NCBI GenBank assembly: GCA_964016885.1 | Contig: OZ024743.1 | Location: 303,676,001-303,740,000, forward strand | DNA: 64,000 nt | Direction of reading: 5' to 3' | Source: Eledone cirrhosa | Lineage: Eukaryota | In this document: piece after piece, positions 1 through 16,518 of the stretch | How the letters are laid out: every line of letters starts with the position of its first letter | Numbering within the stretch: the stretch's first letter is position 1 | Notes under the pieces: model-generated | The model's input: only the letters and a program-made list of their open reading frames with translations | Told to the model about the DNA's origin: nothing | The model's database searches: none | Translations under genes and position numbers: made by a program

Positions 1-539
1 AGGGAGTGAGTTGGATGGGGAGAAAAAGACAATAAGAAAAGAGCAAATATGGGAGGGAGAAAAAAGTAAAGAGGTAGGAAAGAGCGAGAGTGATTGGAGG
101 GATTCTTTAACTAACGTGTGTCCGCGTTTATATATGTATATTTACACACATATATGTGTGGGGGGCTTTCTTTAGCAGACGATATATGTTACCATCAAAG
201 CTTATTTTCTACATATGTCTAAAGGAATCACAGATGGTTTTATATATATTTTGTATATATGTATGTATTTAACAGACAAAACAAAAACGGTATTCTTAAA
301 AGATATTATTTGAATATATTATTTTCTGCTGTTATTTGAAGTAACACAGAAAATATTATTTTGTAGTGTTTGTCGTTTTTTGGGGATACAATCTGAAATC
401 CTAATATTTTCTACATATGTCTAAAATTAATTACACCTAATATACATTCATATAAAGAGATCATTTAAAACAACTTTACTGAGTGAACAATACATTCTAT
501 AGTTGTTTCTATTTCGGAAAGCCTGTGGTGCGTAATAAT

Positions 540-603
540 TGTTTTTACTTTTAGCACGAGGCAAGCTATTATTCCAGTGCATTACTGGTACTTTATTCTA
601 TCG
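540..603 (-). mobile_element. 5'-truncated SINE fragment (cephalopod-type tRNA-SINE 3' end) with TSD
   Basis: Similar to the copies at 19684 and 54870 (tgtttYtactttRGcacRagg...cagtgcattactggtactttattctatcg). Flanked by a 16-bp direct repeat tgtggtgYgtaataat at 524-539 and 604-619. Confidence 0.7.
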
Positions 604-629
604 TGTGGTGTGTAATAATATCACTTCAA

Positions 630-3600
630 ATGCCTAGAAAACGTTCCAGATCATTATGTGGAAGGTCATCTTCAGAGGTTAAGAGAAAGAAAACACAGCG
701 ATCTGAAGAAAGTGAAGAAGTTCGGCATGCCCGTTTAGCTGCTAACAGAGCCCAAACAGCTTTAGCACGAGCACACCGTTTGGATGAAAGGGAACAAAGG
801 ACTGCTGCTACACAAGAACAACAAATTTAGGACCGGCCCCAAATCAGACGAAATTCTAATCAAGCACATCGTTCTACTGCCCGAGCAAGAGAACAAGCCA
901 CAAGTAAAATGAACTGGCTGATGGGTGCTTTTACTTATGACGCCCAAAAGGACTACAGCAGTAATCCACAAATCAACATTGGGAAAATGAACAAATGCTG
1001 CCAGTATTGTGGTGCCAAGAATTGGGCAGCAAGTTTATGCTGCTCAAAAGGCAAACTGAGCCTTAAAACAATACAAGAACGTCCTGAATTTCTGAAGAAT
1101 CTGCTCCTTGAGCATACACCAGAAGCACGACACTTCAATAAATACATCATAAAATATAATTCTGCCTTTCAAATGACATCTTTTGGGGCTGACAGGAATG
1201 TGACTGACTTTAGATTCTGTACAACTTATAAAATTCAGGGACAGCGTTACCACTTAATGGGTGGCCTTCGCCACTTCCACAGGAGCCTCACAAATTTGTG
1301 CAGGTTTACTTCATGGATGGAAATGAAATACAGACACACAAAATGTGTACCAATGTCCGTGGTGGATTGCAGTTCTACATAGTCATAAAGTTACAAGAAA
1401 TGCTTCACCAACATCACATGTACGTCAGTGTATTTAAATATGCACTGGAGCATTTGAACAACACCAGAGATCGTAAAATCATCATTAGGACAGACAAACG
1501 CCCAGCTTCAGACCATGAACGCAGATTCAATGCACCTGTCACCTATGATTCACTCCAATATCCTCTAATCTTTTGGAATGGTCAAGATGGATATCATGTT
1601 CAGCTACGGCAGATAAACCCAGGAACGGGACAAGAAACTGGCCGATCAATCAGCTGCAAAGAATTCTATGCTTTTCATTTCATGGTACGTGATCACTTCA
1701 ACCAAGTTCTGCAATTCAAAGAAGTAACCAGCCAGTTTCTTGGTGGACATGTATGCCAAAATTGAAACAGAAAGATTGGATTTTCTGCGAAGGAATCAAA
1801 CTAAGTTGAAGGCAGATAACTACATCCACCAATTCTGATGTTGACCCAAGAAATGTTGGCCATACTACTATCAAGCTTCACGGAGGACCACGTTACATAC
1901 ATGAACGAACGCAAGATGCAATGGCCTATGTCAGAAAATGTGGTCGGTCAGATCTCTTCATTACATTTACATGCAATTTAAACTGGTCGGAAATATCAAA
2001 TGAATTATTTCAAAATCAAAAGCCAAATAATCGACATGACCTCATTGCTCTTTTTTTTCCATGAAAACAAAAAAAACAACTCGTCTTGCTCCTAAAAGAA
2101 GAAAGAATCTTAGGTGAGCTTAGTGCTTGGATAACCACTATTGAGTGGCAGAAGAGAGGTCTTCCTCACTCTCACACACTAATCTGGTGCAAGGAGAAGA
2201 TAAGACCAGATGATGTTGATAAGAACATTTCAGCAGAGTTTCCTGATAACGTTGGTGATCCAGAGCTCTTTGAAAACACCAAGTCCAAACTCATTCATGG
2301 TCCATGTGGAGTCATCAATCCAGCCTCTCCCTGCATGAATGATTAAAAATGCAGCAAACATTATCCTAGAGCTTTTATTCGGAAAACTCGGACTGACAAT
2401 AATGGATACCCCCTTTATCGTAGACGTAGACCAGAACATGAAGGCAATACTGCAAGCCTAACAGTTCGAGGAGCGGAGCTGACCATAAACAAGCAGAGGG
2501 TCGTCCCACACAACAAATTGTTGTGTAAACTTTAAAAGCTCATATCATTGTTGAGTAATGCAGCACCGTCAAGGCAATCCTATATGTCAAAAAATATATC
2601 AACAAGGGAAGTGACATGGCTACCTTTATTACTGACAAAGAACTCAATGATGGTGGGCTGGATGAGGTCAAATCGTATCAAACAGGTCGATACATCTCCA
2701 GCAATGAAGCTATCTGGCGAATCTTTGGATTTGATATCCACCAACGCCACCTAACAGTGGTCAACCTCGCAGTCCACCTGGAAAATGGACAGAGAGTGTA
2801 CTTCACTGAGATCACTACTCATCAGTTGGCACAAGCATCACATGTAACTACACTAACTGCTTTCTTACAACTCTGCCAGAATGAGGAATTTGCTCGATCC
2901 CTCCTATATGCTGAAGTCCCAACATACTACACCTGGACCAATTGCAAGACCTGGAATCGAAGAAAGCAGGGTCATTTAGTGGAAGGTCGTGAAGTCAAGT
3001 CAAGTGATGCTATTGGGCGTGTTTACAATGTCCATCCCAACAACAGAGAATGTTTTTATTTACGGCTACTTCTGCATACTGTTCGAGGACCAACGTCACT
3101 TGAGGATCTTAGGTGCTTCAGAGCAAGGGAGTGTCCAACATACCAAGAAGCATGTAAACAGCATGGACTCCTGCATAACAATGGACACTGGAAGAAGTGC
3201 CTAGAAGTAGCAGCAGCAATCACTCAAGTAGCCAGTAAAATAAGACAATTGTTTGCTATTATGCTCACTGAATGTGGAATTGATGAAGCTCATCTACTCT
3301 GGCAGGAGTACAAAAACAATATGTTGGACGACTATCTACACCTAGCCCGAAGACATCATGGCAATATGTATATGGAAGATACCCCCAGCATTTAACAATC
3401 AAGCTCTCTGTGACCTCTCCATCGAGTTCAGGCAATGAATAGCACATTAGCTAACTGCGGGATGCCAGAGCCAGATGAAGAAATGGAGGTAGCACAAGAC
3501 ATGTTTCAGGAGATAAACTACGATATTCAAGCATTGCGTAAGTTTGTGGATGAAAATTAAACTCGATTGATGGATGATCAGAAATACGCCTACCACAACA

Positions 3601-5100
3601 TTATCGAAAACATTCAAAATGACAGGGGAGGACTTTTCTTCATCGATGCTCCTGCTGGCACAGGTAAGACATTCCTCATAAACCTCCTGATTGCAAAAGT
3701 TCGCCAAAAGCAACATATTGCCCTTGCTGTGGCTTCAAGTGTCATTGCAGCAACACTTCTGGATGGAGGCAGAACTGCACACATTATGTTTAAGCTGCTC
3801 ATAGATCTCACACGGCATGAACAATCTTTTTGCAACATCAAGAAGAACTCACTCAAGGGCAAGCTTCTGCAAACATGCAAGATGATAATTTTGGATGAAG
3901 CTACTATGAGCCATAAAGGAGTAATTGAAACTTTGGACCGGACGATAAGGGATCTGAGAGAAAATAGTTGCATAATGGGAGGATAGACAATGGTTCTTGC
4001 TGGTATATGTGTTGATATATTTTAGACAAACTCTGTCTGTAATTCTTCGAGGGACTCGAGCTGTCCAGGTCAATGCCTGTCTGAAAACATCCTATCTCTG
4101 ACCCCAATTTCAGCTGCTGAGCCTTACAACCAATATGCGTGTGCACTTAACTGGTGACGAAGGTGTCAGTGAGTTTGCCATCCAACTACTTAATTTGGGA
4201 AATGGATTTCTTGAAAAGGACTCCAATGACCATATTCAGTTGTCATTTGGCCATATCATTGACACAGTACAAGAACTGATTGCCAGGTGTTTCCAAACAT
4301 TCAGACCAGGAGGCAATGTGATCCGAAATGGCTCTGTGAACGAGCAATCTTAGCACCTAAAAATCTTGCAGTGAAAGAAATCAACAGAAGGCTGCTGGAG
4401 AGAAAATATGCTACAAATATGTTACCGGGAGAGAAAATATGCTACAAATCAGTTGACACAATCACTTCTCAAGACCAGGTTGTAAACTATTCAACTGAAT
4501 ATTTGAACAGTCTTGAACAAGAGGGAATTCCCCTACACAACCAGATACTGTAGCTTGGAGCATCGGTTATGCTACTTCGCAATCTGGATCCTCCAAAACT
4601 CTGTAATGGCACAAGACTCATCATCAAAAACATGATGTCCAATGTTCTAGAAGTTGCAATCATGTCAGGAAAACATTTCTGGTGACAATTTTTTCATTCC
4701 CAGAATACCTCTGAAGCCAACTGATTTACCATTTCAATTTCAAAGACATCAATTTCCGATAAGGCACAGCTTTGCCCTGACCATCACAAGGGCAATCATT
4801 GAAAGTCGTTGGGTTGAATCTGGCAGATCCTGTCTTTTCACATGGTCAAATATATGTTGGCACAACAAGTGTTGGGAACCCTGATTGTCTCTTCATTGCG
4901 GCAACACAAGGCAAAACCAAGAATGATGTTTATCCAGAGGCTTTGGAATGAGCAATGTCGTAATTCCGCATTCAATGACAATACACATAGATCCTAATTC
5001 CTTAGTCATGTAGTTTGCAAGGTATTCTGAAGCCGCAAATTTACTACATGGTGTTACTTTGGAAGAATATGCAGGCACTCCCGGGTACGTCTGCTATATA
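630..5100 (+). mobile_element. Decayed Helitron (RepHel pseudogene, many stops and frameshifts)
   Basis: Collinear ORF fragments: N-terminal E/R-rich repeats (RSEESEEVRHARL), CQYCGAK...CCSKGK, YNSAFQMTSFGA, DLFITFTCN (~1951), HUH motif TIEWQKRGLPHSH, IHGPCG, KYINKG (~2591), GRYISSNEAIWRI, LAVHLENGQRVYF, PIF1-type helicase FIDAPAGTGKTFL, ILDEATM, RAILAPKN, QFPIRHSFALTI. A degenerate 3' terminus-like sequence (cccgggtacgtctgcta) lies at ~5079-5095. Confidence 0.95.
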
Positions 5101-5952
5101 AAGTAGTATAAGTGAGGACTTTGTTGGGTAGAAATAGCAGCCAAATTTCATTCAAATCCCACCTTACTTTCTCAGGTATGTATATTTGTATGAAGCCAAA
5201 AGGAATGGTTCTATGTGATAACTCGATCTACTAGAAATATTATACAAATCCATTTCAAATCACAAACAACTGTCTTACACACATACATGTGTGTGTATGT
5301 ATCTATGTATGTCATGTGAGCCACTATAACTGTTGGTATAGCTAATAGAAATAGAAAATAAATCTCTCTCAAACAAGATCCTACTGCAATAGAGGCAAAT
5401 ATTGGTGAAAGCTACAGTGTTCAAATTTAAATACACTTTCCCCGAATTACAGAAATGAGTACGTAAATGCTTCATTCAATCATAAACCAATGCTAAATTT
5501 ATTTTCTTATTTTATTTATGGTTTTTAAAATAATCTTTAAATGTTGTTTGAATTTCTGAGGTTCAGATTGAGCAAAAAAAAAAAAGAAAGAAAAGGAGAA
5601 ATAAAAAAGTCTAAATGTATTTTTTTGGACAAGGCCTTTTCACTGACAACACACCTAATGATTCATCTATGAGTAAAGCATTATATGCTGACTGTAATAG
5701 GGAGCAGTATTATGACATATATGGTGACTGTAAATCACCACTGGAAAAATCACCACTGGAAAAATCACCACTGGAAAAAACTAATATTTTTATCTAGATG
5801 ATTTACTTTGACCAAACGGCAATAAATATTCTATAATTCCTATTTTGGTTAAAATTCAGCAATCATATTTGAAAGGTCAAACATTTTGTAATGTGTGCCA
5901 AATATATTGTAACTTTCATAAAATACCCGAGTATCACCTGGTCGCTCAGCTA

Positions 5953-5998
<46 letters not shown>

Positions 5999-6448
5999 TA
6001 GCTGAGCAGATATATTAAATTATCTATATTTATCTCCAAATCACTGATTTGTCGAGCAAACCTGCCAAAACCACTACTAAATTTTTGGTGTGTTAGTAGG
6101 CGTCTGTCATCTTACCATCCCACTCCTACCGACTAGCCTCAGTGTCACGTGATTGATTCTTTAGAATCGGCCATTTGACCTGTGGCAGCGAGGATTTCAG
6201 TACTTGGAATCCAGTCCCCGATAGCTGTTCCATTTACCGAATTATTATTATTTTTATATGAGTCCCCAGTGTCCGCGCATTGCTTGGAGACTTGGCTGAG
6301 AATAGACCTCCCTGATGACGCAATGAAATTCTCAGCAGTTCATTACGTAACTGTCTTTATCCCATTGCAGAAACTAATTAGTTGGAGTGAAAATTTTAGT
6401 AAGTAAGTTAATTTTAAAAAAAATCTTTTTTAATTTTCTTATTTTATG

Positions 6449-6504
<56 letters not shown>

Positions 6505-6949
6505 CATCTTCCATCATCTTCAACTATATCTCATTAATTCTGTTTACTATCTCTAAATTACTATCCATATCACTTAGTTAAAGATAATCTTGATCGTATA
6601 TTTCATATGATTTATAACTTTATTATTTTTTCTACCCTTTATATGTTTCGTTGATCGTATGACGACCATGTTGTTCAACCTGTGCAGATGAGAAAGAACT
6701 GGCATAAGTTGAACCATTAGATCGACATAGGATCAACTAAACCTATATACTTGGTATGACGGCTTTGTTGTGCTGACCTAAATATTTATATTCTAACTCG
6801 CCGTACATACTTGAGTTGCTCTACACCTTGGATTTGTTTAACTATTAATAATAATAATAATAATAATAATATATATATATATATAATTATATATATACAC
6901 ACGCACATACGTACACACACACCACACACACACACACACACAAACACAT

Positions 6950-7462
6950 ACATGTTCGTGGATGCTACCCCTGGAAAGAACTTAGATAACCAATGTAGAA
7001 AGGCTCTAGGGAAGAACCACTTAACGATTAAAGTGGTAGAAAAGCCCGGAACTACCATAACATCCCTGATCAGCTAAACATAAACGAACTGTACCAATAA
7101 GGAATGTGTTATATGTAAAATGTGTTATAGGTAAAATGATTCCCCAGATAAACTATGAAACGAGAAATGTAGTCTATAGCATAAGATGTACAGAGGGTAC
7201 ATGCAGAAACATGACAGCTACATACATAGGCGAGACAGCTCGAAGCATAGGAGAAATAATAGACCAACACTGGGGGGAACTAAAAGGACAAAACAACGGT
7301 TCAGTACTATATGAACACGCCAGACACAGACATGACGCTAATATAGACAACATAGAAATTAAAATAATATCCAAGCATAGAAAAGAACCAACAGGTAGGC
7401 AAATCAGAGAAGCAACTGATATAGAACTAAGAAGACCGAAGTTGAACAGAAAGACCAAATGA
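6950..7462 (+). pseudogene. Penelope-like element 3' fragment: linker plus GIY-YIG endonuclease (element A)
   Basis: FVDATPGKNL...IKVVEKPG then VVYSIRC...TYIGETARS...HARHRH...RQIREA...PKLNRK. Frameshifted, 5'-truncated against a (CA)n tract, followed by an HHR motif. Confidence 0.85.
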
Positions 7463-7732
7463 AATAACAACAACAATCATACCCAAACAAAAAATACTGA
7501 CTTAAGAGAAATATAAATAAATAAATATATACACAAGTATAATAACAACAAACACATATAAACATGCACTAGTGAACAACGATAGAATACAAAAACACAT
7601 ACACTTTAACGTTATATACACACGCAAACGCATACGCAGAGACAGAGACAAGAAGAAATAAATGAATTAATAAGAATAAAAATAGCGTAGACATTACAGT
7701 ACAATATAATACAATAGGAGAAAACATAATAG

Positions 7733-7776
7733 TACCACTGATGAAGTTGCAGATATGCAACGAAAGAACTTTGATA
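7733..7776 (+). ncRNA. Type-I hammerhead ribozyme motif (stems I and III degenerate)
   Basis: tacca CTGATGA a gttgca-gata-tgcaac GAAA gaa CTT tgata: canonical core boxes and a perfect 6-bp stem II, downstream of the GIY-YIG fragment. Confidence 0.65.
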
Positions 7777-7935
7777 GACTATATATACATATATTTATAT
7801 CTGTATTTTTAACCGCTTGTCAATCAATGATAAACACTGATTGCCAAATAAATTAACTATTTAGATATAAATGATACAGAATCGAAAAGCAACCAAACAG
7901 TGAGTGTGTTCTGTTATTATTTCTAGCAATATAAT

Positions 7936-9877
<1,942 letters not shown>

Positions 9878-10062
9878 TAGAGCAAACAACACAAGCGCTC
9901 TATCTCAAAATTATTTTTGAAAAGCATTAGAAATGCGCAACTGGTAATAACTTAAAACTAAACTGAATACTAACCAGTACTCATTACTAATTTATACTTA
10001 TTCCTAATTAAACTATTTTTCACTCGGAAAAATGTGTCACCATTTTCTTTTCCTTTTACTAA
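9878..10062 (+). repeat. Dispersed HHR-like pLTR repeat (family I), single arm
   Basis: Similar to 60003-60200 and to the reverse complement of 60283-60375. Starts at tagagcaaacaa directly after (TA)n. Confidence 0.8.
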
Positions 10063-10331
10063 AGATGTATCATACCTAAACTACTTCTAAATTCCTCAAC
10101 TACGTAGTTTCGTGGCATAATCAAAAACAATACATATTACTAATTATATCTAATGTTTCTTCTCTCTTCATAATGTACTTTATAGCTCTGATTCTGGTTC
10201 AGTCTAATTCATTCGGATTGGTTTGTCTCAGTTATTCATAGAGCAACATCGGTTAAGGTTGGCACCATTAACTCAAGGAAGGATGTGGATATATTCATGC
10301 ATATGTGTGTCCGCGCATGTATCTGTGTGTT

Positions 10332-10484
<153 letters not shown>

Positions 10485-10901
10485 CAGTTGATAAAAGTTA
10501 GGTCATAAACAATCTCCCGGTTTTTTCGTAAACTGACATGAAGCACTGGACAACGATGTTAACAGCAAGTTAAACCATTAGCATATCAATGGATAGAAAA
10601 ACACATATCAATTCATCTGAAGAAAACGTACTGGGTGTTTATTAGTTTATTACATAACTACCTTTGCATCTTTGAAATACGTATGGTGAATTGTATAATA
10701 ACATGAAGATGAACAAATAAAACTGCTTCTCTTGTTTATTACACACACGCACGAACACACGCACACATACATTCACATATATACACATACATACATACAT
10801 ACATACATACATACATACATACATACATACATACATACATAAATATATGTATATGGATAACAGAAATCAAAGAACGCCTATATACTCAAACAATTTTTAT
10901 T

Positions 10902-10948
10902 CGCTGACAATCTTTCATCCATACCGTGTGGCAGGAATCATTAGAGCG
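10902..10948 (-). ncRNA. Type-I hammerhead motif, element B left arm (core-1 mutated)
   Basis: Minus strand: cgct CTAATGA ttcc...ggat GAAA gatt GTC agcg; stem I cgct/agcg. Confidence 0.7.
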
Positions 10949-13127
10949 TTGTAAACAAAAAATATAGGGTTGAATATAAGCTCTACCAAGCTTAGTCAAC
11001 AGAATAGTAGAGATACAGTATGTGATAATAAGAGGGAGATTGGAGATGAGAAGGATGGAGAGAATGCGTAATGGGGTTGTTAGTCAACATATAGCAAAAT
11101 ATGAGAATACAACCAGATTTTCTAACATGAACTGAAGCATGTGAAGGTACACAAAAGCAATTAAAAGCAATTAAAGATAATTAAAAAAAGAGAGAAAAAG
11201 AAATTGAGGCATATTAAGGAACACAAAATTAACAAAAAAAGGTATGCATTGGTCATCTATAGAAGACAGGTGAGTTAGTTTTCCATGACTTAGAGTCATA
11301 GAGTATCAAACGAGAAACAGAGGCAAGTAAATGTACACAGAAGTAATTAAATGACACATGCACTATGCACCATAGGAGGCAGGTAAGGCAAATTAATTTC
11401 ACATGACTTAGAGTCATAAGTCGTATCTGCCCTAATTATGGGTTCATAGGGTAAATCACAGAGCCTACGAACATCACAAGAGTCAATATTCGAATGTTTA
11501 TCAGATAAGTTTCATTTCACTACGAATAAGGCATGTCCCAAGTTACCGTAAGGGGAAGGATCATCGCCCAGCAGGATCAAGTCCTTCCTCTCGGTAGGCA
11601 AGTTCAATATGTCATGGTAGTATAGCTAGTGTTTTAAATGGCAAGTTACAAACTCGATTACTCAACAGCAACCATATAACACTCACTAGAGGGGCACTCA
11701 AGAATATAAAAGAGGCTATTAATGATCCCTGATGTATCAATCATTAAATACAGGCCATTATACATCTGATGCGTCTGTACGGGGAGAAAGGAAACGTTGC
11801 TATTGTGTATCCTACATAGGAGCCTTTCGTATCAACACGAACCAGAGAACTACTTCATACTGAATTCCCCGCGATGCATGACTCTGCATATCATTGGGGT
11901 GTCACATAGACAAATACCATGAGACATAGACAAATACCATGAGACCCTTAAGGTGTCTTAAGAAAGTCCAAATGGGATTTTATTCTCCCAATAGCATGAA
12001 CAATCAGGGCATACCAGTAGGTTATGGAATTACGTGGATAAGAGGTGTTAAGTTTTTATAGGGATTGGTACAACACCGATAGAATTCAAAATACAGGCAA
12101 AGCGGGGTCGATGCATAAACAAGCTGAAGCAATGAATACATAACACATATGGTTTAGTCACTGTTTAAAGCTTATTTGGCGAGAGGTCATAACACATGTA
12201 GATCATACGTAGATGGTAATCCAACCGCTTTCATATGTTCTAATTGGCGAGAAGTCACAACATATGTAGGTCATCCGTAGATGGTAATCCAACCGTATTC
12301 ATATGTCCACCGATGCATACCAGCACATATGGTCATATGTGTTACAAGCCGATGTTACATATACAATTCCCTATATGTGTAAAACTCCAGACTGAGATGT
12401 GTTACATGTCGATGTTACAATTCCAAATCTTCATATGATTATATGCATCCGTCTCCGTATTCCAACCGTAACCGCGTCCAAATATTGCTTGATTATATGC
12501 AGCAGTAATTGCGTGTTGACCCTTCCCATAAACAAGTGGTTTAACGAGTAACGTAAAACAAAAAAATAACATAAATGTGCTCAGATCAAATCCATAATTC
12601 CACCAGGCACAACAGCATGTCTGTTAAGTGAGGTCGTACTAATACAGGTATACATTAGTCGTACAAGACAGCTCTTAAATCCCGCAATAATCCAGGTACC
12701 AGGCTCCGCAATATATAAACACAGCCGCTTCACAATTCGTCCTAATGGCGATAGGTAAATACACACTAATCCATGTAAAAGTCACATACGGAGTATTACT
12801 ATTTTCAATCACTAATTAATGACGTTTCAGTGCCAGAGAAAGGGGGACTACTCTATCACGTCATCTATGAGACTATTTATTTCCAACTGCCACAAAAATT
12901 AATTCACCAAGTGAGTTACCACGCTGTGTCAAAAAGATTCGTACAAATAAAAAACTATATTAGACCTCCAGGCATACAATATTGTGTACCGAGGAAGGTC
13001 AACATGAAGAGAAGCTATTTGGTTAAGGAAATAGGTTGAAGGAGGCGAAAGGTTGAAAGAGTGCTACAGAGTTACCGATGAGGGTGGAGTCATATCCCGG
13101 CAGATCTAGCTGATTGGCTTAAAGTAT

Positions 13128-15115
13128 TAAAAGGAACTAAGATTCGTATGTCTGCAAGAAGAACATATTTCTGATTTCCTATTGAGCAGGTTACATCTAG
13201 AGTATATTATGGCGTGAGTCTCCAGAAGGTTACAAGTTTTGCTCGGGGGGTGGGTGGGGGGAGTAAGGCGTAGATTTAATTACCAATCTCCAATTAAGGG
13301 TATAATAAATACTAGCATTTTTTTAAATAAGAAACATAACTAGCCAAGGAGGTGGTATACTTGAGCCTATCTTATCTGAATGTATAATTGTGGGAGTTGT
13401 ATCCAGTCTTAAATGAGGTAAAAGTAGATCCCACATATGTTTTTGGTAGAGGTTGCCGTCACAACATCACATGCATAAACTATATTCCTCATGAGGTAAT
13501 TGCCCTTCATAGGGCAATTTTCTCTCCGTCTACAATTACAGTTGCAATGTGTATTGCTCCTCGTGTCTCAGGAGGACTGGTTGGTAATGCTTTCCCGATA
13601 CGGTATTTGTTCCTCTGATGTATCGTTACCACCATCGGGCAACTGATTTCCCAATGGGTTAGGTTGTTGTTGCTTACTTACAGATTTGATAGTGTCTAAC
13701 CCTACTCTAGTTTTCTTATTATTAGTGCGTGCTAGGTGGCTGGCTAGGTTTGGGGTAGCGAAGTTAGTTAGTTTAACCGTATTTTTATTAATTATACCAT
13801 GATATCTACTACCAGGCGGGAAATTCCTTTCCAGGATTAAGAAGAATGTTCTGGGAAGTATAGATATGATTTTTAGTCTTCTTCTATTTTTTCTATTTTT
13901 CCTCGCAAAAGTAGGGTTACAGTTAGAATATTATTGCTATAATTTACCTGTTGTGAATGCCCCACATTATTTTGGTCCCTACCTATATAACCAACCCCAC
14001 TGTGCATTGAGATTCTAGATCCCATCATACCGCTACTAGTGTTATTAGCAGAAATATGGGGAGGATGCACAGTAGGTTTATTCCGTAGGGGTTGGGCCAA
14101 ATTATTTATTATAAGAGTGTTACCCCTACTCCTATTTCTATTACTATTATTATACAATGACATTTTGTGCGTAATTATACTATTTGATCCAGCATGGGTG
14201 GTTTGGGAGTTAGTAGGTATGTAATATAATTTATTCCTACAGCCAGACCATGCTAGTGCACCACTATAATATTCAACATTAGAATTAAATGTGTCCTCAC
14301 TATATGACAAACGGCTAATCCTATTAGATACGCCTTTAATAATTGCATTTAGTACTGATTGAGGATGGTTGGAATTAGCATTCACATACGTCAGTCTCTC
14401 ATTAGGTTTATGATAAGGTGTGAAGATCTTATTTTCTAGGTTAAGGGTTATATCTAAATAGATAACTGTTTTATTATTCCTATCCATAATAATACTAAGG
14501 TTAAAGCCTTTAAAGAATTTACGCAGGGCCTTTCTTGTCCTTTCATTGGTATATTTTGTATACTCAAGTGTGAGGGGGGCATCGTCACGGTATAGTCCAA
14601 CGCGAAGATACGGAAATGTTTTATGCAGCTCATGGAGGAGATAAAGTACAACTAAATCAGTGACCTGTCCTGAGTCACTAGAAGCCATTGTGATATCAAA
14701 GTTGTTAGGTGTGTTCTTCCGGGTCCATAAATGCTCCTCAAAAAGGATTATAGTTTTACGTGCGGCAAGAACGATATCAATTTGGGATCTAGTTAGATCA
14801 CGATTCAGCATGGCCAGAATGAGGGCCTTATTCAGAAGGATGGGAGAGATAGAAGTGTAATACGAATCAATATCAAATTGGACAAACATAAGGGATTTAC
14901 CGTTACTAATGCTTTCTCAAGCATTAGTGACGATAAATCCCTTATGTTTGTCCATTCAATCACCTCCTCCGTATTCCCCCACAGTTTAAGGTAAATTTTA
15001 CTTCTAATTACAGGTATTACTCCATCCAAAATATTCTTACTTATGATCCCTATGTCAGATTTAGATGGGCTAATTAGTTTAACAGAGGGGTTACTAATAA
15101 AGTCTTCTTTATCAT
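13128..15115 (-). pseudogene. 5'-truncated, disrupted PLE reverse transcriptase plus GIY-YIG endonuclease
   Basis: NPSVKLISPSKSDIG, FVQFDIDSYYTSI (motif A), FDITMASSDSGQVTDLV (B'), GLYRDD (C), YLDITL (E), NSNHP; downstream CNCRRRENCPMKG...IVYAC...KTYVGST (~13420-13540). Confidence 0.93.
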
Positions 15116-16518
15116 CTGTGGATATGTAACAACAGCTTGTAATACATATGACCATATATGCTGGTATGTATCGGTGGACATATGAATACGGTTGGATTAC
15201 CATCTACGGATTATCTACATATGTTATGACTTCTCGCCAATTAGAACATATGAAAGCGGTTGGTTGGATTACCATCTACGGATGATCTACATGTGTTATA
15301 ACTTCTCGCCAAATAAACCTTAAACAGTGACTAAACCATGTTGTTCTGTATTGATTGCTTCAGTTTGTTTATGCATCGACCCGGCTTTGACTGTATTTTG
15401 ACTTCTATCGGTGTTGTACCTATCCCTACGCAAACTTAACACCTCTTATCCACGTAATTCCATAACCTACTTGTATGCCCTGCTTATGCATACTATGGGG
15501 GAGAATAAAATCCCCTTTGGACTCTCTTAAAATACCTTAAGGTTCTCATGGTATTTTTCTATGTGACACCCAGTACCATGCAGAGTCATGCATCGCGGGG
15601 AATTCAGTATGAAGTAGTTCTCTGGTTCGTGTTGATACGAAAGGCTCCCATATATGATACCCAATAGCGACGTTATCCTCTCTGCTCGTAGAGATGCATC
15701 AGATGTATAATGGCCTGAACTTAATGATTGATACATTAGGGATCATTAATAGTCTCTTTTATATTCTTGAGTGACCCTCTAGTGAGTGTTATATGGTTGC
15801 TGTTGAGTAATCGAGTTTGTAACTTGCCATTTAAAACACTAGCTATACTACCATGACATATCGAACTTGCCCACCGAGAGGGAGGACGTGACCCTGTTGT
15901 GCTATGATCCTTCCCCTTACGGTAACTTGTGACATGCCTTATTCGTAGTGAAATGAAACTTATCTGATAAACATTCTAATATTGACTCTTGTGATGTTTG
16001 TAGGCTCTGTGATTTACCCTATGGACCCATAGTTAGGGCAGATACGACCTATGACTCTAAGTCATGTGAAATTAATTTGCCTTACCTGCCTCCTATGGTG
16101 CATAGTGCATGTGTCATTTAATTACTTCTGTGTACATTCACTTGCCTCTGTTTCTCGTTTGATACACTATGACTCTAAGTCATGGAAAACTAACTCACCT
16201 GTCTTCTATAGATGACCAATGCATACCTTTTTTTGTTAATTTTGTGTTCCTTAATATGCCTCAATTTCTTTTTCTCTCTTTTTTTAATTATCTTTAATTG
16301 CTTTTAATTGCTTTTGTGTACCTTCACATGCTTCAGTTCATGTTAGAAAATCTGGTTGTATTCTCATATTTTGCTATATGTTGACTAACAACCCCATTAC
16401 GCATTCTCTCCATCCTTCTCATCTCCAATCTCCCTCTTATTATCACATACTGTATCTCTACTATTCTGTTGACTAAGCTTGGGAGAGCTTATATTCAACA
16501 CTCTATTTTTGTTTATAA

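Noticed and set aside
5732-5778. Three copies of a 15-bp unit (aaatcaccactggaa) as a CRISPR-like or regulatory array
   Set aside because: Direct tandem repeat without spacers; ordinary slippage in a eukaryotic context.
6312-6333. CTGATGA-cgcaat-GAAA-ttCTC minimal hammerhead
   Set aside because: No convincing stems I-III; may be a decayed copy or chance.
12818-12875. Second degenerate HHR inside the element B UTR (minus strand)
   Set aside because: Core-1 is TAGATGA and stem III has no loop; single copy, unsupported.
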